Positions 28,449 to 38,372 of a stretch of 64,000 nucleotides of DNA are shown in pieces. Below the pieces are notes generated by a model that saw only the letters and a program-made list of their open reading frames with translations, made no database searches and was not told where the DNA came from. A program made the translations under genes and the position numbers. Every line of letters starts with the position of its first letter. Position 1 is the first letter of the stretch. Location of the stretch: NCBI GenBank assembly GCA_905181735.1, contig CAJIYR010000006.1, forward strand, positions 803 through 64,802, in the 5' to 3' direction. The DNA comes from an uncultured Hyphomicrobiales bacterium (GTDB lineage: Bacteria; Pseudomonadota; Alphaproteobacteria; Rhizobiales; TMED25).

Positions 28449-29917
28449 TATTTTTCTTCCTTAAAATTTCTTTCAAACCATTCTTTAAGATCTCTTAATA
28501 TTTCATTTTCAAAATTTCTTTCAATGTATCCTATAATTCTAGGCATATGCAATAAGTATTCCGGGCTATTATTCGACATCGCAAGCCTTGCAAATACGCC
28601 AAGTATTTTAAAACATCTCTGTGTGGCAATGATATAGTAATCCTGCATTATATCTGCTCTTAGATCTTTTGGTGATTCAGAATACTTTAACTCGATATAA
28701 TAATTTAATATTTGCGTTTCTAACTCTTTGTTAATATCAATCCTTGCATCTTGAGTAAGCGATATTACATCATATAATGGGTGGCCAATCAAAGCATCTT
28801 GAAAGTCAATAATGCCACATCTTCTCAATCCTTTTTCATTGTCTACCCAAAGTAAATTCGGTGAATGAAAATCCCGAAGAGTTAAGGATGAAGATTGTGA
28901 AATTTTACTGATAAGTGCTAACCAAATAGAAATATATTCATTGTAAGCATTAGCTTTGCATAAAGTGCTTTTTTTATAAGGCCAATACCAGTTGGTTAAT
29001 AATTTCACTTCTTCTAAATAAATATTATTATCATATGAATTTAATATATGTTTCATCCCATCGTGTTCTAAGCTTTTCTTTGGATAAAAATTCTGGATCA
29101 AAACTAACGATTCCACAGCAGGAAGGTAGTAATCAAAAGTATCATTGCCGCTTAAATCTATTTGACTATATTGAATATTTCCTAAGTCTTCTAATAGTAA
29201 GAAAGAATTTTTTCTATCTATTTTTATAATTTTAGGAACTTTGACACCCAAGTTCTCTAAATGATAATTAATTAAAATAAAGGCTTCGAGACCCTCTGCT
29301 AGTTTTGTAGGATTTTGTTTATTTTTTCTCTGATTATGATTCATTACAACATAAGAGTTGTTATTTGTAATGATTCGTTGGTAAGATCGCTCTGATGCAT
29401 CGCCCTTCATCCAATTTCTATCTACTACTTCTAAATTACACTGAGCAATAAAGCTATTTAGATGAATATTTCTTTTTAATCTTTTTTCCCAGCTTCCATA
29501 ACCTGTTATATGAATAATTCTTTTGTTCCGACCGTTATCTTCTATTTTAATTTGAAGTCTATCTTTAGGCAGTTCATCTGAGAATTTTTCTGCCCACTCT
29601 ATGATTACGACGCCTTCTTCTAACGCTTCGTTAAAACCAATTTCTTCAAGATCTGCGTAATCCTCTATTCTATATAAATCATAATGTGTTATAGGGCATC
29701 TTTGTGTTGGATAGGTTTGTGATAGATTAAATGTCGGGCTAGTTACCTCTTGATTATGTTCGCAAACGCTATTTACAATATATTTAGTTAGAGTTGTCTT
29801 TCCTGAACCCAATTCACCAATGAGTGATATAAAGTCTCCTTTTTGTAGGATTAATGATACCTCTTTTGCAAGCGCCTCTGTGTCTTTTAGACTATTTATT
29901 AAAAATTTATTTTTCAT
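28448..29917 (-). CDS. tsaE: fusion protein: tRNA t6A ATPase TsaE + aminoglycoside-phosphotransferase-fold kinase (AmgK-like)
   Basis: The N-terminal ~150 aa carry [22 protein letters not shown] and IEW motifs. The C-terminal ~340 aa carry the APH motifs …DFHSPNLLW… and …IIDFQDA…. The stop overlaps the sbmA start by 1 nt (TAATG). Confidence 0.85.
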   Translation of the reverse strand: MKNKFLINSLKDTEALAKEVSLILQKGDFISLIGELGSGKTTLTKYIVNSVCEHNQEVTSPTFNLSQTYPTQRCPITHYDLYRIEDYADLEEIGFNEALEEGVVIIEWAEKFSDELPKDRLQIKIEDNGRNKRIIHITGYGSWEKRLKRNIHLNSFIAQCNLEVVDRNWMKGDASERSYQRIITNNNSYVVMNHNQRKNKQNPTKLAEGLEAFILINYHLENLGVKVPKIIKIDRKNSFLLLEDLGNIQYSQIDLSGNDTFDYYLPAVESLVLIQNFYPKKSLEHDGMKHILNSYDNNIYLEEVKLLTNWYWPYKKSTLCKANAYNEYISIWLALISKISQSSSLTLRDFHSPNLLWVDNEKGLRRCGIIDFQDALIGHPLYDVISLTQDARIDINKELETQILNYYIELKYSESPKDLRADIMQDYYIIATQRCFKILGVFARLAMSNNSPEYLLHMPRIIGYIERNFENEILRDLKEWFERNFKEEK

Positions 29918-29928
29918 ATCAATTGTAT

Positions 29929-31983
29929 TTATAAATTATTTTGTCTTTTAATTGGCAATCTAATTCTAACTCCAAAATCATTGTTGTTATTATTTATAAT
30001 AGATATCTCTCCATTATGAATCTCAACAAATCTTTTAATTATTGACAACCCAATTCCTGTTGCTGTGAATTCATTATTATCAGTTTTTGTAGATATTGGA
30101 TTTATTATTGTAGCTATCCCTTGCCATTGATCGTAAGTAACTATTTCAATATGGTTATTTTTCTTATAGATTTTTAATTCAATTTTATTATTTGGAGGTG
30201 AGCTATTTATCGTAGTAGTAAGTAAATTCCTAATTATTTTTTGGAAGCAATATTTGTCCATTTCTATTTCTTGAATAGGGTTGTCTATATCAAAAATAAT
30301 TTTAATATTGTTAAAGCCTAACGTAGAATGAATATCTGATTTAATTATGTCCAATGATTCTTGAATTTTAATATTTTCATAATTTAATTTTAATCCCCCT
30401 GAATCAATTGCAGTTAGGTCAAGTATATCATCAATTAGTGAATGTAATTCTTTACTTGAAATTTGAATATCATTTAGATAATCAGCCTGCTTCTTATTTA
30501 TTTTACCAAAATTTTGATTACTGAGTATTTCTGAAAAACCTATTATATTTGTTAAAGGAGCTCTAAGTTCATAGGAGATATGGCCCATGAATGTATTCTT
30601 AATATTACCTGCATCAATTAATGCTTTATTCTTTTCCCTTAAGGCATCCTCTACTTTAGTTTTATCCGTAATATCATTGAAGCTATAAAGAACGGCACTA
30701 TCTGGCAAAATTACGCTCCTATAGTTTATGGTTTTATCGTTTTTTACTTTAATTTCTCCGGTAATTGCTACCCTATCATTTTCTGAAGAAATAATATTAT
30801 TGTATATGTTAGACCATAAGTCTTTGTTAACTCCGTTTTCTTCTAGGATATTTATAATACTTTCTATATGAGGTCCTTCATCTAAATAATTTATTTCTAG
30901 ATTCCATAATTTAGCAAACGAGGGATTGTATAGTTTTAATTTACCATCTGTTCCGAATAAGGCTATGCCTTCATATAAATTTTCTATCGTCTGCTTCTGT
31001 ATGGTATATAATGTATTGTAATCACTCTGTAGATTTAATTTTTCTGTTAAGTCTTCGTATAGATAAGTAACTCCTCCAATAGGGTTTGGTTGCTTTAGCA
31101 ACCTAATTGACTTGCCGTCAGGGGTATGCCACCATTCTTCAGAATTAGTATCAAATTCATAAATTTTGAGGTAATCTGATCTCCATTTTTTATAATCAAT
31201 TTGGTCTGGTATTTGATTCTTATTACGCAAATAATCGAGTATTTCTATATCCGAAGGATTACTTTGAAGCCATTCTTCATTTATTCTCCATAGTTTTACA
31301 TAGGCCTCATTATAAAAATTTATTTTTTTTTCTTGTGAAAAAATTGCTACAGCTGTTGTAATTTTATCAAGTAAGTGTTGGTGCGCTAATACTTGTTTGT
31401 TTAGTATTTCAAATTGATCTTCGCGATTGGTTACATCTATGGCTATATAGCAATTTTTATTATACCTAATAAATTTTGTAACTTCGTAAATATATCTTGA
31501 TCCGTTAACTACGGTTTTTAATCTAATTTTTTCAGTTGTTATTGCGCTCAATTCATTCTTTTGTATTATTTGAATATTATTTTTAATAATATATCTTTTA
31601 TCTTTTATATTTAATATTTTTGCATACGTTTTATTAATTGCGATTAGTTTATTGTCTTTATCTGCAACCCACATAATTAAGGGAAGGCTGTCTAAATTTT
31701 TTTTAATTACGAATATATTCCATATAAAAAAAATTAAATTAAATTCTATTGTTGGAAATCTTAAATTTTTAATACAGTTAAATGTTTTTATGAGGCAGGA
31801 GTTTAGTTCTTTATATTTACGTTTAATAGCTATCGTGATCTTTCTCTTATTAATTGGCTTTGTGTTATAGAAATAAAAGCATATAATAATTATTGATAGT
31901 GAGATAATCAAGGATATAGAGAGAATAAGAAATATTAAATTCCCTCCATTTATTGAATTACTTAAATGAATAGATTCTAGCAT
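29929..31983 (-). CDS. membrane-anchored PAS-domain sensor histidine kinase
   Basis: N-terminal TM helices, PAS-like repeats, H-box …HISYELRAPLTNIIGFSEIL… and an HATPase_c G-boxes. Confidence 0.85.
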   Translation of the reverse strand: MLESIHLSNSINGGNLIFLILSISLIISLSIIIICFYFYNTKPINKRKITIAIKRKYKELNSCLIKTFNCIKNLRFPTIEFNLIFFIWNIFVIKKNLDSLPLIMWVADKDNKLIAINKTYAKILNIKDKRYIIKNNIQIIQKNELSAITTEKIRLKTVVNGSRYIYEVTKFIRYNKNCYIAIDVTNREDQFEILNKQVLAHQHLLDKITTAVAIFSQEKKINFYNEAYVKLWRINEEWLQSNPSDIEILDYLRNKNQIPDQIDYKKWRSDYLKIYEFDTNSEEWWHTPDGKSIRLLKQPNPIGGVTYLYEDLTEKLNLQSDYNTLYTIQKQTIENLYEGIALFGTDGKLKLYNPSFAKLWNLEINYLDEGPHIESIINILEENGVNKDLWSNIYNNIISSENDRVAITGEIKVKNDKTINYRSVILPDSAVLYSFNDITDKTKVEDALREKNKALIDAGNIKNTFMGHISYELRAPLTNIIGFSEILSNQNFGKINKKQADYLNDIQISSKELHSLIDDILDLTAIDSGGLKLNYENIKIQESLDIIKSDIHSTLGFNNIKIIFDIDNPIQEIEMDKYCFQKIIRNLLTTTINSSPPNNKIELKIYKKNNHIEIVTYDQWQGIATIINPISTKTDNNEFTATGIGLSIIKRFVEIHNGEISIINNNNNDFGVRIRLPIKRQNNL

Positions 31984-32111
31984 GTTACTAACACTTTATA
32001 ATTGAAATAATCATTTATATTTACGAAATACAATGTATCACTAAATCTTATAAAGCTTACATTCATTTCTAATAATGTCGGTAATTAAAAATAGAAATTT
32101 TTATGGATAAG

Positions 32112-33512
32112 TCAGTATCTATAATGATCTGGTTTGTAGGGGCCATCCTCTAAAATGCCAAGATAATCACTTTGTTCTTCAGTTAGCTTGGATAATTTTA
32201 CTCCTAATTTTTCTAGGTGTAAAGAAGCAACTTTTTCGTCAAGTAATTTTGGTAACATGTGGACATCAATTTTGTATTGACTTGATTTATTCCACAATTC
32301 CATTTGCGCAAGAACTTGGTTTGTAAAGGAAGCGCTCATTATAAAGCTAGGATGGCCAGTCGCACAACCAAGATTAACAAGTCTACCCTCTGCTAGGACT
32401 ATTATTTTTTTACCATCTGGGAATTCAATTTCATCTACTTGTGGTTTTATATTATTCCACTTCAAATTTTTTAAGTGAGATATTTGAATTTCTGCATCAA
32501 AGTGTCCAATGTTGCATACTATAGCCCTGTCTTTCATCTTTCTCATGTGATTAAGTGTAATAATATCTTTATTTCCTGTAGCTGTAACGAATATGTCCGC
32601 CTTTTCCACGGCATCTTCCATTGTAACGACTTCAAAGCCTTCAAGCGCTGCCTGTAGGGCACAGATAGGATCAATTTCAGTGATGAGGACTCTTGCCCCC
32701 GATGCTCTTAATGCTTCTGAAGATCCTTTTCCAACGTCCCCGTAGCCAGCTACGACAACTGTTTTCCCAGCAATCATTACATCTGTGGCTCTTCTTATTC
32801 CATCAACCAGGCTTTCGCGACAACCATATAAATTATCAAATTTTGATTTTGTAACAGAATTATTGACGTCGATGGCAGCAAAAGGCAGCCTACCATCCTC
32901 ATTCATTTGATGAAGACGATTAACTCCTGTGGTAGTCTCCTCCGTCACACCTTTTATATTTTTAAGTATCCTTTTAAACCAGCCAGGAGATTGTTCTAAC
33001 CTTTTCTTTATTTGAGCAAACAGCACTACCTCCTCTTCATTCTTTGGATTATCTATTACGTGGATGTTTTGCTCAGCGTCAGCCCCTAAAATTACGTAGA
33101 TTGTTGCATCCCCTCCGTCATCAAGTATCATATTGGGACCATTCTCATCAGGCCAATCAAATATCTTATCTACATAATGCCAATACTCTTCTAAAGTTTC
33201 GTCTTTAAATGCAAATACAGGTATATTTTTTTTTGCAATTGCTGCAGCAGCATGGTCTTGGGTAGAAAATATATTACAAGATGCCCAACGGATATCAGCC
33301 CCAAGTTCTGCTAATGTTTCAATTAATACAGCAGTTTGAATGGTCATATGCAAACAGCCTGCAATTCTCGCGCCTTTTAGAGGTTTAGAATCTGAAAATT
33401 CTTTTCTTATGGACATTAAGCCAGGCATTTCAATTTCAGCTATATCCATTTCTTTTCGTCCAAAATCTGCTAGATCTATATCACGAACTATATAATCAAT
33501 TTTTTGTGCCAT
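32112..33512 (-). CDS. ahcY: adenosylhomocysteinase
   Basis: Motifs [21 protein letters not shown]… and …[10 protein letters not shown]…. The start is moved to ATG 33512 (track: 33569). Confidence 0.95.
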   Translation of the reverse strand: MAQKIDYIVRDIDLADFGRKEMDIAEIEMPGLMSIRKEFSDSKPLKGARIAGCLHMTIQTAVLIETLAELGADIRWASCNIFSTQDHAAAAIAKKNIPVFAFKDETLEEYWHYVDKIFDWPDENGPNMILDDGGDATIYVILGADAEQNIHVIDNPKNEEEVVLFAQIKKRLEQSPGWFKRILKNIKGVTEETTTGVNRLHQMNEDGRLPFAAIDVNNSVTKSKFDNLYGCRESLVDGIRRATDVMIAGKTVVVAGYGDVGKGSSEALRASGARVLITEIDPICALQAALEGFEVVTMEDAVEKADIFVTATGNKDIITLNHMRKMKDRAIVCNIGHFDAEIQISHLKNLKWNNIKPQVDEIEFPDGKKIIVLAEGRLVNLGCATGHPSFIMSASFTNQVLAQMELWNKSSQYKIDVHMLPKLLDEKVASLHLEKLGVKLSKLTEEQSDYLGILEDGPYKPDHYRY

Positions 33513-33574
33513 CGTATCTCTCTTGATAGTATTTTTTACAACTGAATAGATTGTAAATTTATTTAACAATTAAT

Positions 33575-33856
33575 TTATTCTTGCTCATTAAAGCAATGCC
33601 CAATAAGTTTTACAAGATCCTTTAATGCCTCTTCGGCATCTTCTCCTTTTGCTTTTATGGTAATATAAGAACCCTTACTAGCGCCTAACATTAATAATTC
33701 CATAATTGATGTGCCTAGCACGGTTTCATTGTTTTTGCAAACTTCTATAATGCATTGATATTTTGATGCAATTTTTACAAATTCTGCAGAAGCCCTAGCG
33801 TGCAAACCCTTTTCATTGATTATCTGAACTGTTTTTTTAAGTTGTTTATTCTTCAT
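33575..33856 (-). CDS. ptsH: HPr-family phosphocarrier protein
   Basis: …KGLHARASAEF… carries the His15 equivalent and …LGTSIMELLMLGA… the Ser46 equivalent. The start is moved to ATG 33856, giving an 11-nt overlap with the EIIA gene. Confidence 0.85.
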   Translation of the reverse strand: MKNKQLKKTVQIINEKGLHARASAEFVKIASKYQCIIEVCKNNETVLGTSIMELLMLGASKGSYITIKAKGEDAEEALKDLVKLIGHCFNEQE

Positions 33857-34247
33857 CAAGAACCTGGCTTGCAATTGTTATGTATTTTCTACCTGCGTCT
33901 TGAGCATTCCTAACTGCAGTATCTAAAGTATTTCTCTCTCTTTCGCTTGCTAGTGTAACAAGCATTGGTAAATTAAAACCTGCAATGACTTCGATTTTTG
34001 ATTTTTTTAGTGCGGATATTGCTAAATTAGAGGGTGTCCCTCCAAACATATCGGATAAAATTATTACACCATTCCCAGTATCAACACTCTCAATTGATTT
34101 TAAAAGATCAGATCTTCTTTCGTTAATGGAATCATTTGATTGTATGGATATTGTTTCAATATTTTTTTGTTCTCCAACGATATGTTCTAGAATTTTTAGT
34201 GATTCTGCTGCGAGATTACCGTGTGATACTATAACTATACCAATCAT
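33846..34247 (-). CDS. PTS EIIA component, mannose/fructose type (regulatory PTS)
   Basis: MIGIVIVSHGNLA… (phospho-His) and …LSDMFGGTPSN…. Confidence 0.85.
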   Translation of the reverse strand: MIGIVIVSHGNLAAESLKILEHIVGEQKNIETISIQSNDSINERRSDLLKSIESVDTGNGVIILSDMFGGTPSNLAISALKKSKIEVIAGFNLPMLVTLASERERNTLDTAVRNAQDAGRKYITIASQVLDEE

Positions 34248-34259
34248 AAGCTAGTCCTT

Positions 34260-35903
34260 TTATTTTATTAAGTGTCTTTTTATTGTGATTTTAAATACAG
34301 CTCCCCTTTTGTCTTTCTCCAAAGTAGAGTTATTTAAAACAGTTATATCTCCACCATGTGATTTTATAATTTGCTTAGCTATTGATAAACCAAGGCCAGA
34401 GTGTGTTCCAAATATTTTATCATCCGGTCTATCTGTATAAAATCTATCAAATATTTTATTTATATCAGAACCCTTTATGCCGGGGCCATTGTCTTGTACT
34501 GATATTTTTATAAATTCTTTATTGTTGCTTACTTTTATCACAACTGGGTCATTTTTTCTAGAGAAAGACTTTGCGTTATCAAATAAATTCACAAAAACTT
34601 GACGCATCCTTTCCTCATGACCGTTAATAATCATTTTTTCTTCTGGTTCGTCTATAGATAAATACAGATGGATTTGTTCGTATTGATTTTTATTCTTTTC
34701 AACTTCTACCAAATACCTTATTAACTTTACTAAATTGAATGGAGCTCTATGCTCTAAAGATAATTCTGCATCTAATCTAGAAGCGGCGGATATATCTGTA
34801 ATTAATCTATCTATTCTGTCAATGTCAGATTGAATTACGTTAATTAGTTTTTTTCTTTCATTCCCATTCTTTACAATTTTGAATGCTTCAATAGCACTGC
34901 GTAGGGATGTTAAAGGATTTTTAAGTTCATGAGAAACGTCGGCAGAAAAATTTTCAATGGCTTCAATCCTATCGTATAAACTTTTGGTCATTTCTTTTAA
35001 TGCAATTGATAAATCTCCTATCTCATCGTTTCTTTGCGAAAAATCTGGTATGTCTTTCCTGTAGCTAATATCTTTTTTAACATTATCTGCAGCAGATGCT
35101 AATTGTCGAACTGGTTTTCCAATAGTATGAGATAAGATTAAAGAGAGAATAATCGTTACAAAAGCTGCAACTAAAAAGACTCCGAATATAGCTTTCCTCT
35201 CAGAGTTAACAATATTATCTATACCCCCTCCCTGAGTTGTTAAGACGAGGATCCCTAGTGTTGATTGAAATTTTTTTATTGGTACTGCAACTATTACAAC
35301 TGATTCGTTAGTTTCATTTTTGCTTACTAATGATACTAGCTTTCCATTTAAAGCATTAAAAACAGAATCGTAATGATCATTAGAGTTAATGCTAGGGTTT
35401 AGTTCTCTAAATAAGTTTACTTTTTTAATGCTATTGTATATTTTGTAATAAATTGAATTATTTTCAATTAAAGGCACGTCATATTTTTTTATCTGACCTT
35501 TTGTAAATAAATTTATTGAATCTAATATTATTTCTTTTTTATCATTGTGTATTATTGTACGCATCCTATTTGGATCAATTAGCTTGGTAATAATTGGCAG
35601 GGCTAGCTCTGGATCAATTTGATAAGTTGTATATTTTATAACCTTTGAGCTCATATCTCTGATATCTTCATCTAAATAATAATAACTAATTTTTGATGAG
35701 ACTGAAGCGCTTGTTGATATAGCTCCTGCTATGATTTGTCCTTGAGTAAGCAAACTTTCTATTTTTGCTTCTATGAGACCCTCCTTGAATTGATTTGTGT
35801 ATAAAATCCCGCACAATAATATTATTAGAGCGAAAAGATTTAGGGTTATTATCCTTTTTGTAAGGCTAGAAAATAATTTATTGTAAATTGGTACTGATTC
35901 CAC
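34260..35903 (-). CDS. chvG: ChvG/ExoS-type sensor histidine kinase
   Basis: Two TM helices flank a periplasmic domain, followed by a HAMP domain, H-box …ADVSHELKNPLTSL… and an HATPase_c domain. The gene lies immediately downstream of chvI, which is divergent from pckA, as in other alphaproteobacteria. Confidence 0.8.
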   Translation of the reverse strand: MESVPIYNKLFSSLTKRIITLNLFALIILLCGILYTNQFKEGLIEAKIESLLTQGQIIAGAISTSASVSSKISYYYLDEDIRDMSSKVIKYTTYQIDPELALPIITKLIDPNRMRTIIHNDKKEIILDSINLFTKGQIKKYDVPLIENNSIYYKIYNSIKKVNLFRELNPSINSNDHYDSVFNALNGKLVSLVSKNETNESVVIVAVPIKKFQSTLGILVLTTQGGGIDNIVNSERKAIFGVFLVAAFVTIILSLILSHTIGKPVRQLASAADNVKKDISYRKDIPDFSQRNDEIGDLSIALKEMTKSLYDRIEAIENFSADVSHELKNPLTSLRSAIEAFKIVKNGNERKKLINVIQSDIDRIDRLITDISAASRLDAELSLEHRAPFNLVKLIRYLVEVEKNKNQYEQIHLYLSIDEPEEKMIINGHEERMRQVFVNLFDNAKSFSRKNDPVVIKVSNNKEFIKISVQDNGPGIKGSDINKIFDRFYTDRPDDKIFGTHSGLGLSIAKQIIKSHGGDITVLNNSTLEKDKRGAVFKITIKRHLIK

Positions 35904-35965
35904 TTGAGAGCCTTTTTATAAAAAATATACTTATTTTTTAAACGGTCAATGATAGAAAATAATAT

Positions 35966-36670
35966 TTATTGTTCATCTATTTTTATTTTGTAACCTACTC
36001 CATAGATTGTTTCTATGGCAGTAAAATCAGAATTTAAGAGTTTAAATTTTTTTCTAATTCTTTTAATATGGCTATCAATTGTTCTATCGTCTAGATATAC
36101 GTTCTCTTTATATGCCTCGTCCATTAATTGGTCCCTAGATTTTACTACACCAGGCCTATTTAATAAAGATCTCATTAAGAGGAACTCAGTTGATGTGAGG
36201 GAAATATTATTCCCTTCCCAAAGACATGTATGTAATTTGGAGCTAAGAACAAGAGATCCGCACTGTATAGTACCGTCTTCTTCCAGGGAAGGTTTAAAAG
36301 TTTTGTTAAAATCAACTCTTCTTAAGACAGCTTTTATCCTCTCTAACAAAACCTTTTGTGAGAAAGGTTTGCGGATATAGTCATCCGCTCCCATTTTAAA
36401 ACCAAAAATTTCATCTAATTCATCATCTTTTGATGTAAGAAAAATTACCGGTACATTATTAAATTCTCTTAATTTTCTGAATAGTTCCATCCCATTCATT
36501 CTAGGCATTTTAATGTCCAGAAGAACTATATCAACAGAGTTATTTTTGATTCCCTTCAGTGCAGCGATACCATCTGGGTAAGTATGAATAGTATAACCTT
36601 CTGATTCTAATATCATTTTCAATGATACAAGTATATTTTTATCGTCATCTACCAGTGCAATTTTTATCAT
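35966..36670 (-). CDS. chvI: ChvI-type OmpR-family response regulator
   Basis: MIKIALVDDD… and …LLDIKMPRMNG…, with a winged-helix C-terminus …IETIYGVGYK…. The start is moved to ATG 36670. Confidence 0.85.
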   Translation of the reverse strand: MIKIALVDDDKNILVSLKMILESEGYTIHTYPDGIAALKGIKNNSVDIVLLDIKMPRMNGMELFRKLREFNNVPVIFLTSKDDELDEIFGFKMGADDYIRKPFSQKVLLERIKAVLRRVDFNKTFKPSLEEDGTIQCGSLVLSSKLHTCLWEGNNISLTSTEFLLMRSLLNRPGVVKSRDQLMDEAYKENVYLDDRTIDSHIKRIRKKFKLLNSDFTAIETIYGVGYKIKIDEQ

Positions 36671-36785
36671 TAGATAATCCAATTTATTGCTAGTTATTAG
36701 ATTAATATATATATATAGTCCCATTATGTTAAAATTAAGACTAATGGCAAATATTATTTAAATTCATATTTTAGGGAGACTGACA

Positions 36786-38354
36786 GTGAATTCTGTAGAT
36801 ATTAACCCAAAGGTTAGCAAAATATATACAAATAACTCAGCAGCTGAGTTAATTCAGCTAGCTTCAATGAAAGAAGAAGGTGTGTTGACTGTAGACGGAT
36901 CTTTTTCTGTTGAAACCGGACAACATACAGGGAGGTCTCCAAAAGATAAGCATATTATTTGTGATTCCAATACAGAAAACGAAATTTGGTGGGATAATAA
37001 TGCTAAGATTACAAGAGAAAAATTTGAATTATTAGACTCTGATATGTATGAGCATATGGCAGGCAAAGAGTTATTTATTCAGGATTTATATGCTGGGGCT
37101 GATTTGAATGAAAGAATTAAAGTACGTGTTATTACAGAATTTGCATGGCAAGCATTATTTATTCAACATCTTTTAATATTACCTCCAAGAAATGAATTGG
37201 ATGGTTTTATCCCTGATCTTACTATTATCGATTTGCCAAGCTTTGACACAGATCCAGAAAAGTATGGGGTTAGGACAGAAACTACAATAGCTTGTGATTT
37301 TCTAGATGGAAAAATTTTAATTGCAGGCACCTATTATGCAGGTGAAATTAAAAAATCTGTTTTTACTTATTTAAATTATACTCTGCCTGCAAAAGGTATA
37401 TTCCCAATGCATTGTTCTGCTAATAGTAAAAGTGATGGAAGTGATTCGGCTTTATTTTTTGGTTTATCAGGCACAGGGAAAACTACACTTTCAGCTGATC
37501 CAAGTAGGGTATTGGTCGGCGACGATGAACACGGTTGGACTGATGATGGGATATTTAATTTTGAGGACGGGTCATACGCAAAAGCTATTAATTTATCTAA
37601 ACAAGCTGAACCTCAAATCTATAATGCGGTTAGACAATTTAGTTCTGTTTTGGAGAATGTAGTAGTTGATGAGAATACTAGGGAATTAAATTTTAATGAT
37701 GGATCGTTAACTGAGAATACTAGAGCTGCTTTCCCCATGAGTTTTGTTGGAAATGTTTCAAAAAGTGGTGTTGCAGGGCACCCAAAAACTGTCATATTAT
37801 TAACCTGTGATGCTTTTGGTGTCATTCCACCAATTGCTCGTCTATCTCCAGACGAAGCGGTATATCATTTCCTATCTGGGTATACAGCTAAAGTTGCAGG
37901 CACTGAAAAAGGTGTTATAGATCCAGTAGCTACATTTTCTACTTGTTTCGCAGCACCATTCTTGCCAAGACATCCAAAAGTATATGGAGATCTCCTGAAA
38001 CAAAAGATGGAAAAATATAAAGTTAATTTTTGGCTTATCAATACTGGATGGAGTGGCGGACCTGCTGGTGTTGGTACTAGGATGCCAATTGCATTAACTC
38101 GCAGTTTACTTAAAGCTGCATTATCAGGAAATTTGGATACCGTGGAGATGAGAAAGGATCAATATTTTGGATTTGATGTTCCTGTTTCTATAAATGGTGA
38201 TTCAAGTTATCTAAATCCAAAGGAGACATGGGCTGACAAAGATTCTTTTGATTCTTATTCCAAGGATCTGGTAGCAATGTTTAATAAGAATTTTAAGAAA
38301 TTTGAGGATTCCGTTGATAAATCTGTTATTTCTTCTGGTCCTTCGTCTTTGTAA
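36786..38354 (+). CDS. pckA: phosphoenolpyruvate carboxykinase (ATP)
   Basis: Motifs …GRSPKDK… and …GLSGTGKTTLS…DDEHGW…; GTG start. Confidence 0.95.
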   Translation: MNSVDINPKVSKIYTNNSAAELIQLASMKEEGVLTVDGSFSVETGQHTGRSPKDKHIICDSNTENEIWWDNNAKITREKFELLDSDMYEHMAGKELFIQDLYAGADLNERIKVRVITEFAWQALFIQHLLILPPRNELDGFIPDLTIIDLPSFDTDPEKYGVRTETTIACDFLDGKILIAGTYYAGEIKKSVFTYLNYTLPAKGIFPMHCSANSKSDGSDSALFFGLSGTGKTTLSADPSRVLVGDDEHGWTDDGIFNFEDGSYAKAINLSKQAEPQIYNAVRQFSSVLENVVVDENTRELNFNDGSLTENTRAAFPMSFVGNVSKSGVAGHPKTVILLTCDAFGVIPPIARLSPDEAVYHFLSGYTAKVAGTEKGVIDPVATFSTCFAAPFLPRHPKVYGDLLKQKMEKYKVNFWLINTGWSGGPAGVGTRMPIALTRSLLKAALSGNLDTVEMRKDQYFGFDVPVSINGDSSYLNPKETWADKDSFDSYSKDLVAMFNKNFKKFEDSVDKSVISSGPSSL

Positions 38355-38372
38355 GTAGTGGGTAGACTCTTC

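Noticed and set aside
36705-36717. (AT)6 dinucleotide run in the chvI-pckA divergent spacer
   Set aside because: It is short and expected by chance in AT-rich intergenic DNA, with no evidence of phase variation.
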